A DNA stretch of 64,000 nt from Actinomycetota bacterium. GTDB lineage: Bacteria > Actinomycetota > Acidimicrobiia > Acidimicrobiales > JAJPHD01. The stretch covers positions 65,792-129,791 of the forward strand of contig JAJPHD010000009.1 of assembly GCA_021325455.1 (NCBI GenBank), read 5' to 3'. How positions within the stretch are numbered: position 1 is the first letter of the stretch; each line of letters opens with the position of its first letter. This document shows positions 10,497 to 20,455 of this stretch, piece after piece. The notes under the pieces were generated by a model. The model was not told the DNA's origin and did no database searches. It worked only from the letters and a program-made list of their open reading frames with translations. A program made the translations under genes and the position numbers.

Positions 10497-10877
10497 TCAG
10501 CCCGGCGTAGTGCCGGGCAGGATCAGGCGCTGGCCCGCCTGGAGCTGTCCACCGTGCAGCTCTGCCTCCATCTGGTCCACCAGCGGGCGGGGGTCACCGC
10601 CGGGGTCCAGTCGGGTGGCGATCCCCCACAGGGTGTCCCCGGGCCGGGCCACGTACACCCGGCCCCGGCTCGGCGGAGCTGCGCCCCCCGCCGGCAGCCC
10701 GGCCACCGGCCTCAGCGCGGCCCAGCTCGGTACGCCCACGGCCGCAGCCAGGCACAGCGCCACTGTGGCCCTTCTCCTCCGGTAGGTGGCCGGTGTCTCC
10801 CGGCGGGAGCACCTGGCCGGCGGGGGGAGCCGGCCCGGCGCGGCCTGCCTTGGTACCCAGACCGTGACGGCTGCCAT
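10497..10877 (-). CDS. TM + LysM protein, likely SOS cell-division inhibitor (ChiZ/YneA-like)
   Basis: YRRRR + TM helix, LysM (YVARPGDTLWGIA...LQAGQRLILP). GAGGAGG RBS. Divergent from lexA. Confidence 0.85.
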   Translation of the reverse strand: MAAVTVWVPRQAAPGRLPPPARCSRRETPATYRRRRATVALCLAAAVGVPSWAALRPVAGLPAGGAAPPSRGRVYVARPGDTLWGIATRLDPGGDPRPLVDQMEAELHGGQLQAGQRLILPGTTPG

Positions 10878-10896
10878 GCCGCACCTCCTCACTAGG

Positions 10897-11007
10897 GAAC
10901 GTCTGTTCCCCTCCAGTGAATCGCGAACACATGTTCGCCGTCAAGTCAGAGCCGAACGGGTGTTTGCGCCGGCCTGTCCCGGTGGGTAGCATGCGGAACG
11001 TCCGTTC
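10897..11007. promoter_or_regulatory. Four LexA (SOS) boxes in the divergent LysM/lexA promoter
   Basis: GAAC-N4-GTTC at 10897-10908, 10925-10936 (CGAACACATGTTCG) and 10996-11007. GAAC-N4-GTTT at 10954-10965. Candidate -10 TAGCAT at 10987-10992. Confidence 0.88.
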
Positions 11008-11049
11008 GGCGACGACGTCCCTTCGGCGGGAAAAGGCAGGCAGGTCCTC

Positions 11050-11679
11050 ATGGCTGAGCAGGTGACCGGCAAGCGGCGCGAGATCCTCGAGTTCATCGCC
11101 TCCCAGGTGAGGGAGCGCGGCTACCCGCCCTCCGTGCGGGAGATCGGGGAGGCGGTGGGGCTGGCATCGTCGTCGACCGTGCACTCCCACCTGCGCGTCC
11201 TGCAGCGGGAGGGGTACCTGCGCCGCGACCCGACCAAGCCCCGGGCCATCGAGGTCCGCTGGGAGCCCGCCTCGGGGGCCGCACTGGCCAGCCGCCCGGC
11301 CCGCCACGTTCCCCTCGTCGGCGAGGTGGCCGCCGGTCTAAACGTCCTGGCCCAGGAGAACGTGGAGGACGTCCTCCCCCTGCCCGAGGACCTGACCGGG
11401 ACAGGTACCCTGTTCATGCTCCGGGTCAGGGGGGACTCGATGATCGAGGCCGGGATCCTGGACGGGGACTACGTGGTGGTCCGCCAGCAGCCCGAGGCGT
11501 CCCGGGGCGACATCGTGGTGGCAGGGATCCCCGGAGACGAGGCAACCGTCAAGCGCTATACGACGAGGGGGCGCAAGGTGGTGCTGCAGCCCGCCAACCC
11601 TCGCATGGAGCCGATCGAGCTCGACCCCCAGGACGTCACCATCTACGGGCGGGTCGTCACGGTGCTGCGCCGGCTCTGA
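11050..11679 (+). CDS. lexA: SOS repressor LexA
   Basis: GYPPSVREIGEAVGLASSSTVH HTH, VAAG cleavage site, GDSM and ATVK catalytic Ser/Lys. Confidence 0.97.
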   Translation: MAEQVTGKRREILEFIASQVRERGYPPSVREIGEAVGLASSSTVHSHLRVLQREGYLRRDPTKPRAIEVRWEPASGAALASRPARHVPLVGEVAAGLNVLAQENVEDVLPLPEDLTGTGTLFMLRVRGDSMIEAGILDGDYVVVRQQPEASRGDIVVAGIPGDEATVKRYTTRGRKVVLQPANPRMEPIELDPQDVTIYGRVVTVLRRL

Positions 11680-11711
11680 CGGCCGCCAACTGGAGGTGGC
11701 CGCCCCCGGCG

Positions 11712-12539
11712 TCAGGTGGCCACGCCGTGGGTCCGCAGGATGTCGTTGAGGCGAGCCTTGTCATGGCGCTCACCCTCGGCGAGCCTCCTTATGACCAGGA
11801 CACAGGGAAGCCCGAAGGTCCCTCCCGGGAACTCCCGGGAGCGGGTCCCGGCGATGGCGACGCACCAGGGCGGCACCACCCCCCGCCCCAGCTCGGCCCC
11901 CGTCTCCACGTCGATGACCGGTATGGACGGGTTCAGCACCGCTCCGGCACCGAGCACTGCCCCCTCCCCCACCCGGGCCCCCTCCGTGACCATGCACCGG
12001 CTGCCGATCATGGCCCCATCGCCCACCATCACCGGCGCCGCTTGGGGAGGCTCCAGCACCCCGCCCAGGCCAGCCCCCCCCGAGACATGGACGTCCCGCC
12101 CGACCTGGGCGCAGGAGCCCACGGTGGCCCAGGTGTCGACCATGGAGTTGGCCCCGACCCGAGCCCCGATGTTCACGTAGCTCGGCATGAGCACGACCCC
12201 CCTCTCCAGGAAGGAGCCCCAGCGAGCCAAGGCTCCAGGCACCACCCTCACCCCTGCGCGCGCATAGCCCTTCTTGAGGGGGATCCGGTCGGCATACTCG
12301 TAAGGACCCAGCTCGATCGTCTCCAGCGCCGACAGCCGGAACAGGAGCAGCACCGCCTGCTTGCACCACTCGTGGACGACGACCTCCCCGTCCCCGGGCC
12401 GCACCTCCGCCACCCGGGCCTCCCCCCTGTCCAGGAGGTCGACCGCCTGGTTCACCAGGGCCAGGGCCTCGGCGTCACCAGCCACAAGCTCCTCCCGCCG
12501 GCGCCACAGCTCGCCGATGCCCCTCTCCAGGTCTGCCAC
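11712..12539 (-). CDS. dapD: Tetrahydrodipicolinate N-succinyltransferase
   Basis: GVRVVPGA, MPSYVNIGA, DTWATVGSCAQVG, GGVLEPPQA. Confidence 0.95.
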   Translation of the reverse strand: MADLERGIGELWRRREELVAGDAEALALVNQAVDLLDRGEARVAEVRPGDGEVVVHEWCKQAVLLLFRLSALETIELGPYEYADRIPLKKGYARAGVRVVPGALARWGSFLERGVVLMPSYVNIGARVGANSMVDTWATVGSCAQVGRDVHVSGGAGLGGVLEPPQAAPVMVGDGAMIGSRCMVTEGARVGEGAVLGAGAVLNPSIPVIDVETGAELGRGVVPPWCVAIAGTRSREFPGGTFGLPCVLVIRRLAEGERHDKARLNDILRTHGVAT

Positions 12540-12623
12540 TGGCGAGACCCTATCCCCGCCCGCTCGCCGGGCGGCCCGCTAGAGGGGCCGGCCCCGGCGG
12601 GCCTCCCGCTCCCCTGAGCCCGC

Positions 12624-13790
12624 TCAGGCCACTCCCAGCCGCCTGGCCACCAGGTCCAGGCGGTCCATGGGGGCGACCATGGCCACCCGGACATGAGATG
12701 ACCCGGAGGGCCCGTACAGGTCTCCCGGGCTCACGAGCACCCCGCCCTGGCGGGCCAGGCGATCCGTCCACGCCCAGGCCGGCCCGCAGCCATCATCGCC
12801 TGTTGCCGGCTCCCGGGCGGGGACCGCCGCCCAGAGGTAGAAGCCCCCGGCGGGGAAGCCGGCCTCGAGACCCAGCCCTTCCAGGACGGATGAGAACCTC
12901 TCCAGCCTCTGGGCGTAACGGCGGCGCTGCAGGTCGACGTGGCGGTCATCTCCGAGCGCCACCACGGCGGCGGCCTGGACCGGTCCGGGAACCATGAGGC
13001 CGGCGTGCTTGCGCACCTCGCTCAGGTAGCCGACCAGGTCCGGGTCGCCGGCATAGAAGCCCACCCGCAGCCCGGCCAGGTTCGAGCGCTTGGAAAGGGT
13101 GTGCAGCGCCAGCACGCCCTCCAGCCCCTCCTCCAGGATCGTCCTCGGCCTCCCCCGCCACGTGAAGTCCACGTAGCACTCGTCGGAGAGGACAGGCACC
13201 CCATGGTCACGCCCCCAGGCCGCAGCCGCGGCGAGGTCCTCCAGGGCTCCCGTCGGGTTGGCCGGGCTGTTCACCCAGAGCGCCAGCGCCCGTTCCGCAT
13301 CCCCGGGGTCCACCGAGGCCAGGTCCAGCACCCCGCTGCCGCTCTGCACCAGGACCGGGACGGCCCGGCAGCCGGCCAGCCTGGCACCCATGGCATAGGT
13401 GGGGTAGGAGAGCTCGGGGTACAAGACGGTGTCCCGGTCAGGGCGGCGCAACCGCAGCCACTGGGCCACAGAGGCCACGAACTCCTTGGTCCCCACGCAG
13501 GCTGCCACCGCCTCGTCGGGTACCTCGACGGCGAAGCGGCGCCGCAGCCAGGCCCGGGCTGCCTCCCTGAGAGCGGGCGAGCCCACCGAGGGGGGGTAGC
13601 CACGCTCTGCTCCCGAGGAGGCCAGAGCCTCCACCACCTCCGGCGGCGGGGGGTCGCCAGGGGTCCCGACGGACAGGTCCACCAACCCCCCCTCGTGAGC
13701 AGCCGCCAGGGACCGTGCTCCGGCCAGGCGCTCGTAGGGGTAGGGCGGGGGGACGAAGCCTGCGGGGGGAGCCTTTGCTGTTTCTCTCAC
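12624..13790 (-). CDS. dapC: N-succinyldiaminopimelate aminotransferase (class I/II)
   Basis: DLSVGTP, WVNSPANPTG, SDECY, LSKRSNLAGLRVGF. GTG overlaps hflX stop. dap gene context. Confidence 0.85.
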   Translation of the reverse strand: MRETAKAPPAGFVPPPYPYERLAGARSLAAAHEGGLVDLSVGTPGDPPPPEVVEALASSGAERGYPPSVGSPALREAARAWLRRRFAVEVPDEAVAACVGTKEFVASVAQWLRLRRPDRDTVLYPELSYPTYAMGARLAGCRAVPVLVQSGSGVLDLASVDPGDAERALALWVNSPANPTGALEDLAAAAAWGRDHGVPVLSDECYVDFTWRGRPRTILEEGLEGVLALHTLSKRSNLAGLRVGFYAGDPDLVGYLSEVRKHAGLMVPGPVQAAAVVALGDDRHVDLQRRRYAQRLERFSSVLEGLGLEAGFPAGGFYLWAAVPAREPATGDDGCGPAWAWTDRLARQGGVLVSPGDLYGPSGSSHVRVAMVAPMDRLDLVARRLGVA

Positions 13791-15091
13791 GAGCCGTCCT
13801 CGCTTCCGTCCGAGCCGCCGGCGTCTCTGCCTGCCACCACGAAGGGTCGGAGCCGGGCCAGGGTGGCCGGCTCCAGGCGGGCACGCAGGCGTGTGCCGGT
13901 CTCCTCGTGGGACTCGACCAGCACCTCCCCCTCCCGGTGCACCGCTGCCACCACATCCCCCCGTTCGTAGGGAACCGCCATCTCGACCACGGGATCGAGC
14001 GCCCGCAGGCGGTCGCTGATGGCTACCAGGAGCCCGTCCACGCCCTCGCCGGTGAGGGCGGAGATGGCCACCGACCCGGGGTGGGCGGTGAGGGCTCGGG
14101 ACGGGTCGGTCCCCGGGCGGTCGATCTTGTTGAAGGCCAGCAGCTCGGGGACGCTGGCGGCCCCGATGTCGGCCAGCACCCGCCTCACGGCATCGATCTG
14201 CGACTCGGCATCGGGGGCCGACAGGTCGACCACATGGACCAGGAGATCCGACTCCGACACCACCTCCAGGGTGGAGTGGAAGGCCTCGACCAGCTCGTGG
14301 GGGAGCTTGCGCACGAACCCCACCGTGTCGGAGCACACCACGGCCTCCCCCCCCGGCAGGTCCAGGCGGCGCGTACGGGGATCGAGGGTGGCAAAGAGGC
14401 GGTCCTCCACCAGCACCCCGGCATCGGTCAGCCGGTTGAGCAGCGTCGACTTTCCCGAGTTGGTGTACCCGACCAGCGAAACTGCCCGCTGGCGCGACCG
14501 CTGCCGGGCCCGGCGCTGGGTGCGCCGGGTCCGCTCCAGCTGGCGCAGCTCGGCCTCCAGCTTGGTCATGCGCCGGACCAGGCGCCGGCGGTCCACCTCC
14601 AGCTGGGTCTCGCCCGGGCCCCTGGTCCCGATACCGCCCGCCTGCTGGGACAGGCCCTTGCCCTTGCCTCTGAGCCGGGGCAGCCGGTAGCGCAGGAGGG
14701 CCAGCTCGACCTGGGACTTCCCCTCCTGGGTATGGGCGTTCTGGGCGAAGATGTCGAGGATCACGGCCGTGCGGTCGATGGCAGTGCGACCGAGGATCCG
14801 CTCCAGGTTGCGCTGCTGGGCGGGGGTCAGCTCGTTGTCGAAGACGACCGTGTCGGCATCGACCTCCTCGGATAGCTGGTGGAGCTCGGCCGCCTTCCCC
14901 TTGCCCACGTAGGTGGCGGGATCAGGCTGGTCCCGACGCTGGAGGACCCGGGCCGCCTCGTCGGCCCCGGCCGTGTCCACCAGGCGGCTTAGCTCGTCCA
15001 TGCCGGCCTCGGCCTCGTCCACCCCCACCGGGGGGATGGCCACGCCGACCAGCACGATCCGCTCCCGGAAGCTGCGCTCTATCAGGCTCAT
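13787..15091 (-). CDS. hflX: GTPase HflX
   Basis: IGTRGPGETQLE, GYTNSGKSTL, LFATLD, DTVGF, NKID. ATGA overlap with dapF. Confidence 0.96.
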   Translation of the reverse strand: MSLIERSFRERIVLVGVAIPPVGVDEAEAGMDELSRLVDTAGADEAARVLQRRDQPDPATYVGKGKAAELHQLSEEVDADTVVFDNELTPAQQRNLERILGRTAIDRTAVILDIFAQNAHTQEGKSQVELALLRYRLPRLRGKGKGLSQQAGGIGTRGPGETQLEVDRRRLVRRMTKLEAELRQLERTRRTQRRARQRSRQRAVSLVGYTNSGKSTLLNRLTDAGVLVEDRLFATLDPRTRRLDLPGGEAVVCSDTVGFVRKLPHELVEAFHSTLEVVSESDLLVHVVDLSAPDAESQIDAVRRVLADIGAASVPELLAFNKIDRPGTDPSRALTAHPGSVAISALTGEGVDGLLVAISDRLRALDPVVEMAVPYERGDVVAAVHREGEVLVESHEETGTRLRARLEPATLARLRPFVVAGRDAGGSDGSEDGS

Positions 15092-15906
15092 GAAGCCAAC
15101 TCCACCTCCACCTCGACCACCCCCACCCGCTCGGCCGGCCCCTCCAGGTAGGCCTCCCCACCGGACCACTCGACCTGCAGGTCACCTCCCGGGTTGTGCA
15201 CGGTCAACCGGTCCCCGGCCACCAGGCCCATGGCGCCGGCCGCTGCCGCAGCCGCCACCGAGCCGCTGCCGCAGGCCAGCGTCTCACCCACCCCCCGCTC
15301 CCAGACCCGGATGGTGAGGGCCTGCCGGCCCGGCCTCGCCCATTCCACGTTGAGCCCGCCGCTCCGGCTGGCCTCGATGGCGGGCCCCAGCCTCCCGAGG
15401 TCGAGGGAGCCGAGCTCGGCCTCCACGAGCACCAAGTGGGGGTTGCCGAGCTGGACGAAGCGCCCCCTCCAGTGCCGGTCCTCCACCGCCACCTCCTCGT
15501 CGGCCGGGCTGACCGCCGGCACGCCCATCCCCACCCGGACCCGGGCCACCTCGGGCCTCCCTCCCGGGCCGACGTGCACGGCCCGCGGTCCGGCCACCGT
15601 GCCCACCACCAGGTCCGGCCCCCTGACCAGCCCGTCCCATATGGCTGCCTGGGCCAGGCAGCGGATCCCGTTCCCGCTCACCTCCGCCTCCCCCCCGTCG
15701 GCATTGCGGAGCTCCATGCGCAGGTCGCAACCGTTGTCGCCGGCCATGACCCGCATCAGCCCGTCGGCCCCGATGCCCCGGCGGCGGTCGCACAGGCGCG
15801 CCACCGTGCCCGCGCTCAAGGGGAAGCGCCCGTCCAGGTCGACGAGCACCAGGAAGTCATTACCCAGCCCGTGGTGCTTGGCCATGCGCACGGTGGTCAC
15901 AGCCAC
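15088..15906 (-). CDS. dapF: Diaminopimelate epimerase
   Basis: KHHGLGNDF, GIGADG, SGNGIRC, GNPH, ERGVGETLACGSG. Confidence 0.93.
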   Translation of the reverse strand: MAVTTVRMAKHHGLGNDFLVLVDLDGRFPLSAGTVARLCDRRRGIGADGLMRVMAGDNGCDLRMELRNADGGEAEVSGNGIRCLAQAAIWDGLVRGPDLVVGTVAGPRAVHVGPGGRPEVARVRVGMGVPAVSPADEEVAVEDRHWRGRFVQLGNPHLVLVEAELGSLDLGRLGPAIEASRSGGLNVEWARPGRQALTIRVWERGVGETLACGSGSVAAAAAAGAMGLVAGDRLTVHNPGGDLQVEWSGGEAYLEGPAERVGVVEVEVELAS

Positions 15907-16015
15907 CAGTCTCCCAGGCCAGCCATTCCGTTACGAGCGTATTCCCCCTGGCTGGGGCCCCGGCCGGGTCCACCGGGGAGGGGTGGCCGGCCGGACCGGA
16001 GCCGACCGACCACCT

Positions 16016-16933
16016 TCATCGCTCCAGCAGGGGCTCCACCCGGGACTCCGCCTCCTCGGGGGAGCCGACCCAGTCGATACGAGGATCCCGGCGGAACCAT
16101 GCCAGTTGCCTGCGGGCGAAGGCCCTCGTGCGGCGGATGGTGGCCTCCACCGCCTGCTCCAGGGGCAACCCCTCCTCCAGGTGCGCCAGCAGCTCGCGGT
16201 AGCCGAGCGCCTGGCGGGCGGTCCGGGAGAGGCCCTCGGGCCGGGCCAGGAGCGTCTGCACCTCCTCCAGCCAGCCCGCTGCCATCTGGTCGTGGACGCG
16301 GCGGGCGATGCGGGCAGCCAAGGCCCCAGGCGGCGGGGAGATGCCGACCATGGTCACCCCCCTGGGTGGGTAGGCGGTCAGCCCCGGGCCGAAGGAGGAG
16401 AAGGGACGGCCGCTCCCCAGGGTCACCTCCAGGGCCCTCACCACCCGCCGGCGGTTGGTCGGTGTCATCCGGGCCGCCGCATCGGGGTCCAAGGCGGCCA
16501 GGCGGGCATGAAGGGCCGGCACCCCTCCCGGCCCCTCGGCCTCTTCCTCCAGCGCCGCTGCCACGTCCGGCCAGCGTCCCGGCAGATCGAGGTCGTCCAC
16601 GATGGCCCGCAGGTAGAGTCCCGTGCCCCCCACCAGCAAGGGGAGGCGGCGGCGAGACGACAGGTCTTCCAGCACCTCCCGGGCGGCCAGCTGGAAGCGG
16701 CGCACCGAGAACTCTTCCGAGGGGTCCGCCAGGTCCAGGAGGTGGTGGGGCACCGAAGCCCGCTCCTCGGCGGTGGGCTTGGCCGTGCCAATGTCCATGC
16801 CCCGGTACACGCTCATGGAGTCCACGGCGAGGATCTCAGCCCTACGATGCCGCCGGCCCAGGGCCAGGGCCAGGGAGCTCTTGCCGGCGGCGGTCGGGCC
16901 CACGATGGCCACCCCTCGCTCCAATGGAGCCAT
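16016..16933 (-). CDS. miaA: tRNA dimethylallyltransferase
   Basis: GPTAAGKS, DSMSVYRGMDIGTAKP, VGGTGLY, QALGY. Confidence 0.96.
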   Translation of the reverse strand: MAPLERGVAIVGPTAAGKSSLALALGRRHRRAEILAVDSMSVYRGMDIGTAKPTAEERASVPHHLLDLADPSEEFSVRRFQLAAREVLEDLSSRRRLPLLVGGTGLYLRAIVDDLDLPGRWPDVAAALEEEAEGPGGVPALHARLAALDPDAAARMTPTNRRRVVRALEVTLGSGRPFSSFGPGLTAYPPRGVTMVGISPPPGALAARIARRVHDQMAAGWLEEVQTLLARPEGLSRTARQALGYRELLAHLEEGLPLEQAVEATIRRTRAFARRQLAWFRRDPRIDWVGSPEEAESRVEPLLER

Positions 16934-17075
16934 GTCCCCACGACGCTACCGGCAGGCCCGGCCGCAGCGGACGGACCGGCCCGCCCCGAGGTGGAGCGAC
17001 GGGCTCCGGACCTCCCGCCCGGGGGCCCCCTCGGTACCGTTAGCATGCCGGGGTGACCAGGGAGGACCACTGAGC

Positions 17076-18251
17076 GTGCCCGCCCTCCGGCTCCCGGCCG
17101 ACCTTCTCCCCTCGGTCGCCGAGCTCAGGCGGCGTAGCGGCTTCAAGTGGAGCCACTACCCGCCCGACGTGCTGCCGGCCTGGATAGCGGACATGGACTT
17201 TCCTCCCGCTCCCGCCGTGCGCCGGGCCGTGCTCGCTGCCCTGGACCGGGGCGACCTCGTGTACCCCAACTTCGAGACCTGGGGTGGGCTGCCCCAGGCC
17301 TTCGCGGCGCGGATGGAGTCACTCTATGGATGGCGGCCGGACCCGGCCCGGACCGTGGTGGTGGGGGATGTCGTGCAGTCCATCTATCTCACCCTGCAGA
17401 CCTGCACCGCTCCGGGGGACGGGGTTCTCGTGCAGACCCCCGTGTACCCCCCCTTCCTCCAGGCGGTGGCCGAGACCGGCCGGCGGCTCCTCGACAACCC
17501 CCTGCGCCAGGGGCCGAGCCGCTACGAGGTGGACCCCGGGGGATGGGCTGACCTGGAGGGGGCGCGCCTCCTGCTGCTCTGCAACCCCCACAACCCCACC
17601 GGACGCGTCCTGGAGCGGGCCGAGCTGGAGGCCCTGGCCGAGGTGGTCCTGGCCCGGGACCTGATCGTGGTCTCGGACGAGATACATGCTGAGCTCACCT
17701 GGGCGGGCCACACCCACACCCCCTTTGCCATGTTGGGAGAGAAGGTGGCGGCGCGCACGATCACCCTCACCTCGGCCACCAAGGCCTTCAACATCGCCGG
17801 GCTGCGGTGCTCGGTGGCCCACTTCGGCAGCGCCGAGCTGCTGGCCCGGTTCCAGTCCGTCCCCGAGCACCAGAGGGGAGGGGTGGGGAGCCTTGCCATC
17901 GCTGCCACCCTGGCGGCCTGGCAGGAGGGCGGCGAATGGCAGGAGCTGGTCCGGGCCCAGCTCGAGGAGAACCGCCGCCTCCTCGGCTCCCTGCTGGAGG
18001 CCCACCTGCCGGGAGTGCGCTACCTCCCTCCTGAGGCGACCTACCTCGCCTGGCTGGACTGCCGCCAGTTGGGGATAGGTGCCGATCCCTGGCGCCACTT
18101 CCTCGACCGGGCCCGAGTGGCGCTGTCCGACGGAGCCGACTTCGGGCCTCCTGGCCGGGGCCATGTCAGGCTGAACTTCGCCACCTCCCCGGCCATCCTC
18201 ACCGAGATCGTGGAGAGGATGGGTCGCTCGGTCGGGAGGGCAGGGGCCTAG
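17076..18251 (+). CDS. MalY/PatB family PLP-dependent C-S lyase/aminotransferase
   Basis: PAWIADMDF, CNPHNPTG, SDEIH, SATKAFNIAG, RLNFAT. GGAGGA RBS. Confidence 0.9.
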   Translation: MPALRLPADLLPSVAELRRRSGFKWSHYPPDVLPAWIADMDFPPAPAVRRAVLAALDRGDLVYPNFETWGGLPQAFAARMESLYGWRPDPARTVVVGDVVQSIYLTLQTCTAPGDGVLVQTPVYPPFLQAVAETGRRLLDNPLRQGPSRYEVDPGGWADLEGARLLLLCNPHNPTGRVLERAELEALAEVVLARDLIVVSDEIHAELTWAGHTHTPFAMLGEKVAARTITLTSATKAFNIAGLRCSVAHFGSAELLARFQSVPEHQRGGVGSLAIAATLAAWQEGGEWQELVRAQLEENRRLLGSLLEAHLPGVRYLPPEATYLAWLDCRQLGIGADPWRHFLDRARVALSDGADFGPPGRGHVRLNFATSPAILTEIVERMGRSVGRAGA

Positions 18252-19483
18252 GTTCCGCCCTCCAGCCCCCCCGGGCCCGGGGCCGGCGCCGGGGCGGGGG
18301 AGGGCATGGGCACCTCGGTCCGCAGGCGGGGCAGGGCGGTGGGGTGCTCCGACCGCAGGAACTCGATCAGGGCCTCCCTGACCTCGCAGCGCAGGTCCCA
18401 GAGCCGCGAGGCGTCGGCCGCGCTGACCAGGGCCCGCACGTGCATGGTGGCCGCACCGGCATCGGTCACCTGCAGGGCGCTGGCCTTGCCGTCCCAGTTC
18501 GGTGAGGCGGCCAGGACCTCTGACAGGCGCTGGCGCATGGCCTCCACGGGAGCGTTGAAGTCCAGGTCCAGGTCCACCGTCCCGAGCAGGTCCGAGGTCT
18601 GCCTGGTCCAGTTCTCGAAGGGGTTGGTGGCGAAGTAGGAGAAGGGCAGGACCAGCCGGCGCTGGTCCCAGACCTGGACCACCACATAGGCGAGGGTTAT
18701 CTCCTCCACCCGGCCCCAGTAGCCCGAGACCACAACCACGTCGTCCAGGCGGAGCGGTTGGGTTACGGCCATCTGCAGGCCGGCGATGACGTTGGAGAGG
18801 ATCGGCTGAGCCGCTATGCCGGCGACCAGCCCGGCGAGGCCTGCCGACGCCAGGAGGCTGGCCCCGATGGCCCTCACCTGGCCGAAGCTGAGCAGGATGA
18901 CGGCGGCGGTGACCACCACCACTCCGAAGATGAGCACCCGCCTTATCACCTGGACCTGGGTGTGTATGCGCCTGGCCCGCAGGTTGTCCCTCTCTGTGAC
19001 CGAGAACCGCTCCAGCAGGAGGTCGTCGAGCACCCAGGTGACCTCGATGACGAGCCAGGCCAGGCCGGCTATGAGGAAGGCCCCCACGGCGTGCAGGAGC
19101 ACGTTCCTCACCCCGTGGGGGATGCCCTGGGTGAGAGGGAGGGCGATCTCCACCGCGGCCACCGGCAGCACGAAGCGAAGCGGCCGGCGCGAGCGGCCGA
19201 CCAGGGACCTCTCCAGCGCCGCCCCGTGGCGCTGCCGGGCCTCCTCCGGGCGTGGGCGCCAGGGGGCGCCTCTTGGCCATCGGCCCCGGCGCCGGCGCCG
19301 GCCGCCGGCGACGTCGGTCCTGCCGGCCGCCTGCCCGGCCTCGGCCTGGGCGGCTGCCCTCTCGACCAGCCTGGCCATGACGGCGAAGGCCACCCCGTGG
19401 ACGGCGAGGGCGACGACGACGGCACCGATCAGGGTGCCGGCCGCTACCGCCCCCGCGGCTACCACCGCGCTCATGGGCGGCAC
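18248..19483 (-). CDS. MscS-family mechanosensitive channel
   Basis: SLLASAGLAGLVAGIAAQ, GRVEEIT, PFENWT, WDLRCEVRE. Confidence 0.9.
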   Translation of the reverse strand: MPPMSAVVAAGAVAAGTLIGAVVVALAVHGVAFAVMARLVERAAAQAEAGQAAGRTDVAGGRRRRRGRWPRGAPWRPRPEEARQRHGAALERSLVGRSRRPLRFVLPVAAVEIALPLTQGIPHGVRNVLLHAVGAFLIAGLAWLVIEVTWVLDDLLLERFSVTERDNLRARRIHTQVQVIRRVLIFGVVVVTAAVILLSFGQVRAIGASLLASAGLAGLVAGIAAQPILSNVIAGLQMAVTQPLRLDDVVVVSGYWGRVEEITLAYVVVQVWDQRRLVLPFSYFATNPFENWTRQTSDLLGTVDLDLDFNAPVEAMRQRLSEVLAASPNWDGKASALQVTDAGAATMHVRALVSAADASRLWDLRCEVREALIEFLRSEHPTALPRLRTEVPMPSPAPAPAPGPGGLEGGT

Positions 19484-19544
19484 GGGAGCCCTCGGCAGGG
19501 ATGCCTGGCCGGGGCTGGCAGGTCCGGAGGGGGGGACGGGACCC

Positions 19545-20438
19545 TCACACCTCCAGGAACCTGCGTACCCCGAGGGCCGAAGCCCCGGTGCCGATCACCG
19601 CACCCAGCACGATCACGGCGGCAACGGTGAGGGCGACCTGGTGCCCGGTGACCAGTGCATACCTGAACAGGTTGGCCTGGAAGTGGGCGATCAGATAGGA
19701 GACCAGGTGCCCCATGCCGAACACCGCCCCCGCCGCCACCAAGGCGCCCACGAGCCCTTGGACGAGCCCCTCCAGCATGAAGGGCACCCTGATGAACCAG
19801 TTGGTGGCCCCCACCAGCTTCATCACGGCCACCTCCCGCCGGCGGGCGAAGATCGCCACCCGGATGGCATTGAGGATGAGCACCAGGGCCGACAGCAGCA
19901 GGACCACGGCCAGGGCGGCAATGACGATCTGCATCACGTCGGTGACCCGGAGCATGGCGTCCACGGCCTGGCGGTTGTAGAGGACCCTGTACACGCCCGG
20001 CTGGTGCTCGAAGCGCCGGCCCAGGGCGGCTGCCTGGTCGGCGTGGCGCAGCACTATGCGGAACGACGTGGGCAGGTCATCGGGCTTGAGGACCTTCAAC
20101 AGGTCCGGCTGGGAGGAGAAGTACTGCTTGGCCTCCCGGTAGGACTGGGCCGGGCCCACGTAACGGAACGACTTGACCTCCGGGTCCCGGCTGAGCTGGT
20201 CGCGGACGGCCCGGATCTGAGCAGGCGTGGCGGCCGGGTAGGGCTGGCCGGCCGGCGTCATGTACACGATCAGCTCCACGCCCCCCCGCCATTTGCCCAC
20301 CGCCCTGCTCACTCCCTGGTTGAGGAGCAGTGCCGCCCCCACCAGGGACAGCGACACGGCCACGGTCAGGACGGCGGCCAGCGTCATGAGGCGGTTGCGC
20401 CACAGGTTGCTGGCCATCTCCTTGACCGCGTAGGGCAT
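19545..20438 (-). CDS. ftsX: Cell division permease FtsX
   Basis: NLWRNRLMT, ARRREVAVMKLVGATNWFIRVPF. Follows ftsE. Confidence 0.94.
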   Translation of the reverse strand: MPYAVKEMASNLWRNRLMTLAAVLTVAVSLSLVGAALLLNQGVSRAVGKWRGGVELIVYMTPAGQPYPAATPAQIRAVRDQLSRDPEVKSFRYVGPAQSYREAKQYFSSQPDLLKVLKPDDLPTSFRIVLRHADQAAALGRRFEHQPGVYRVLYNRQAVDAMLRVTDVMQIVIAALAVVLLLSALVLILNAIRVAIFARRREVAVMKLVGATNWFIRVPFMLEGLVQGLVGALVAAGAVFGMGHLVSYLIAHFQANLFRYALVTGHQVALTVAAVIVLGAVIGTGASALGVRRFLEV

Positions 20439-20455
20439 GGTCCTCCTCCGCTTAC

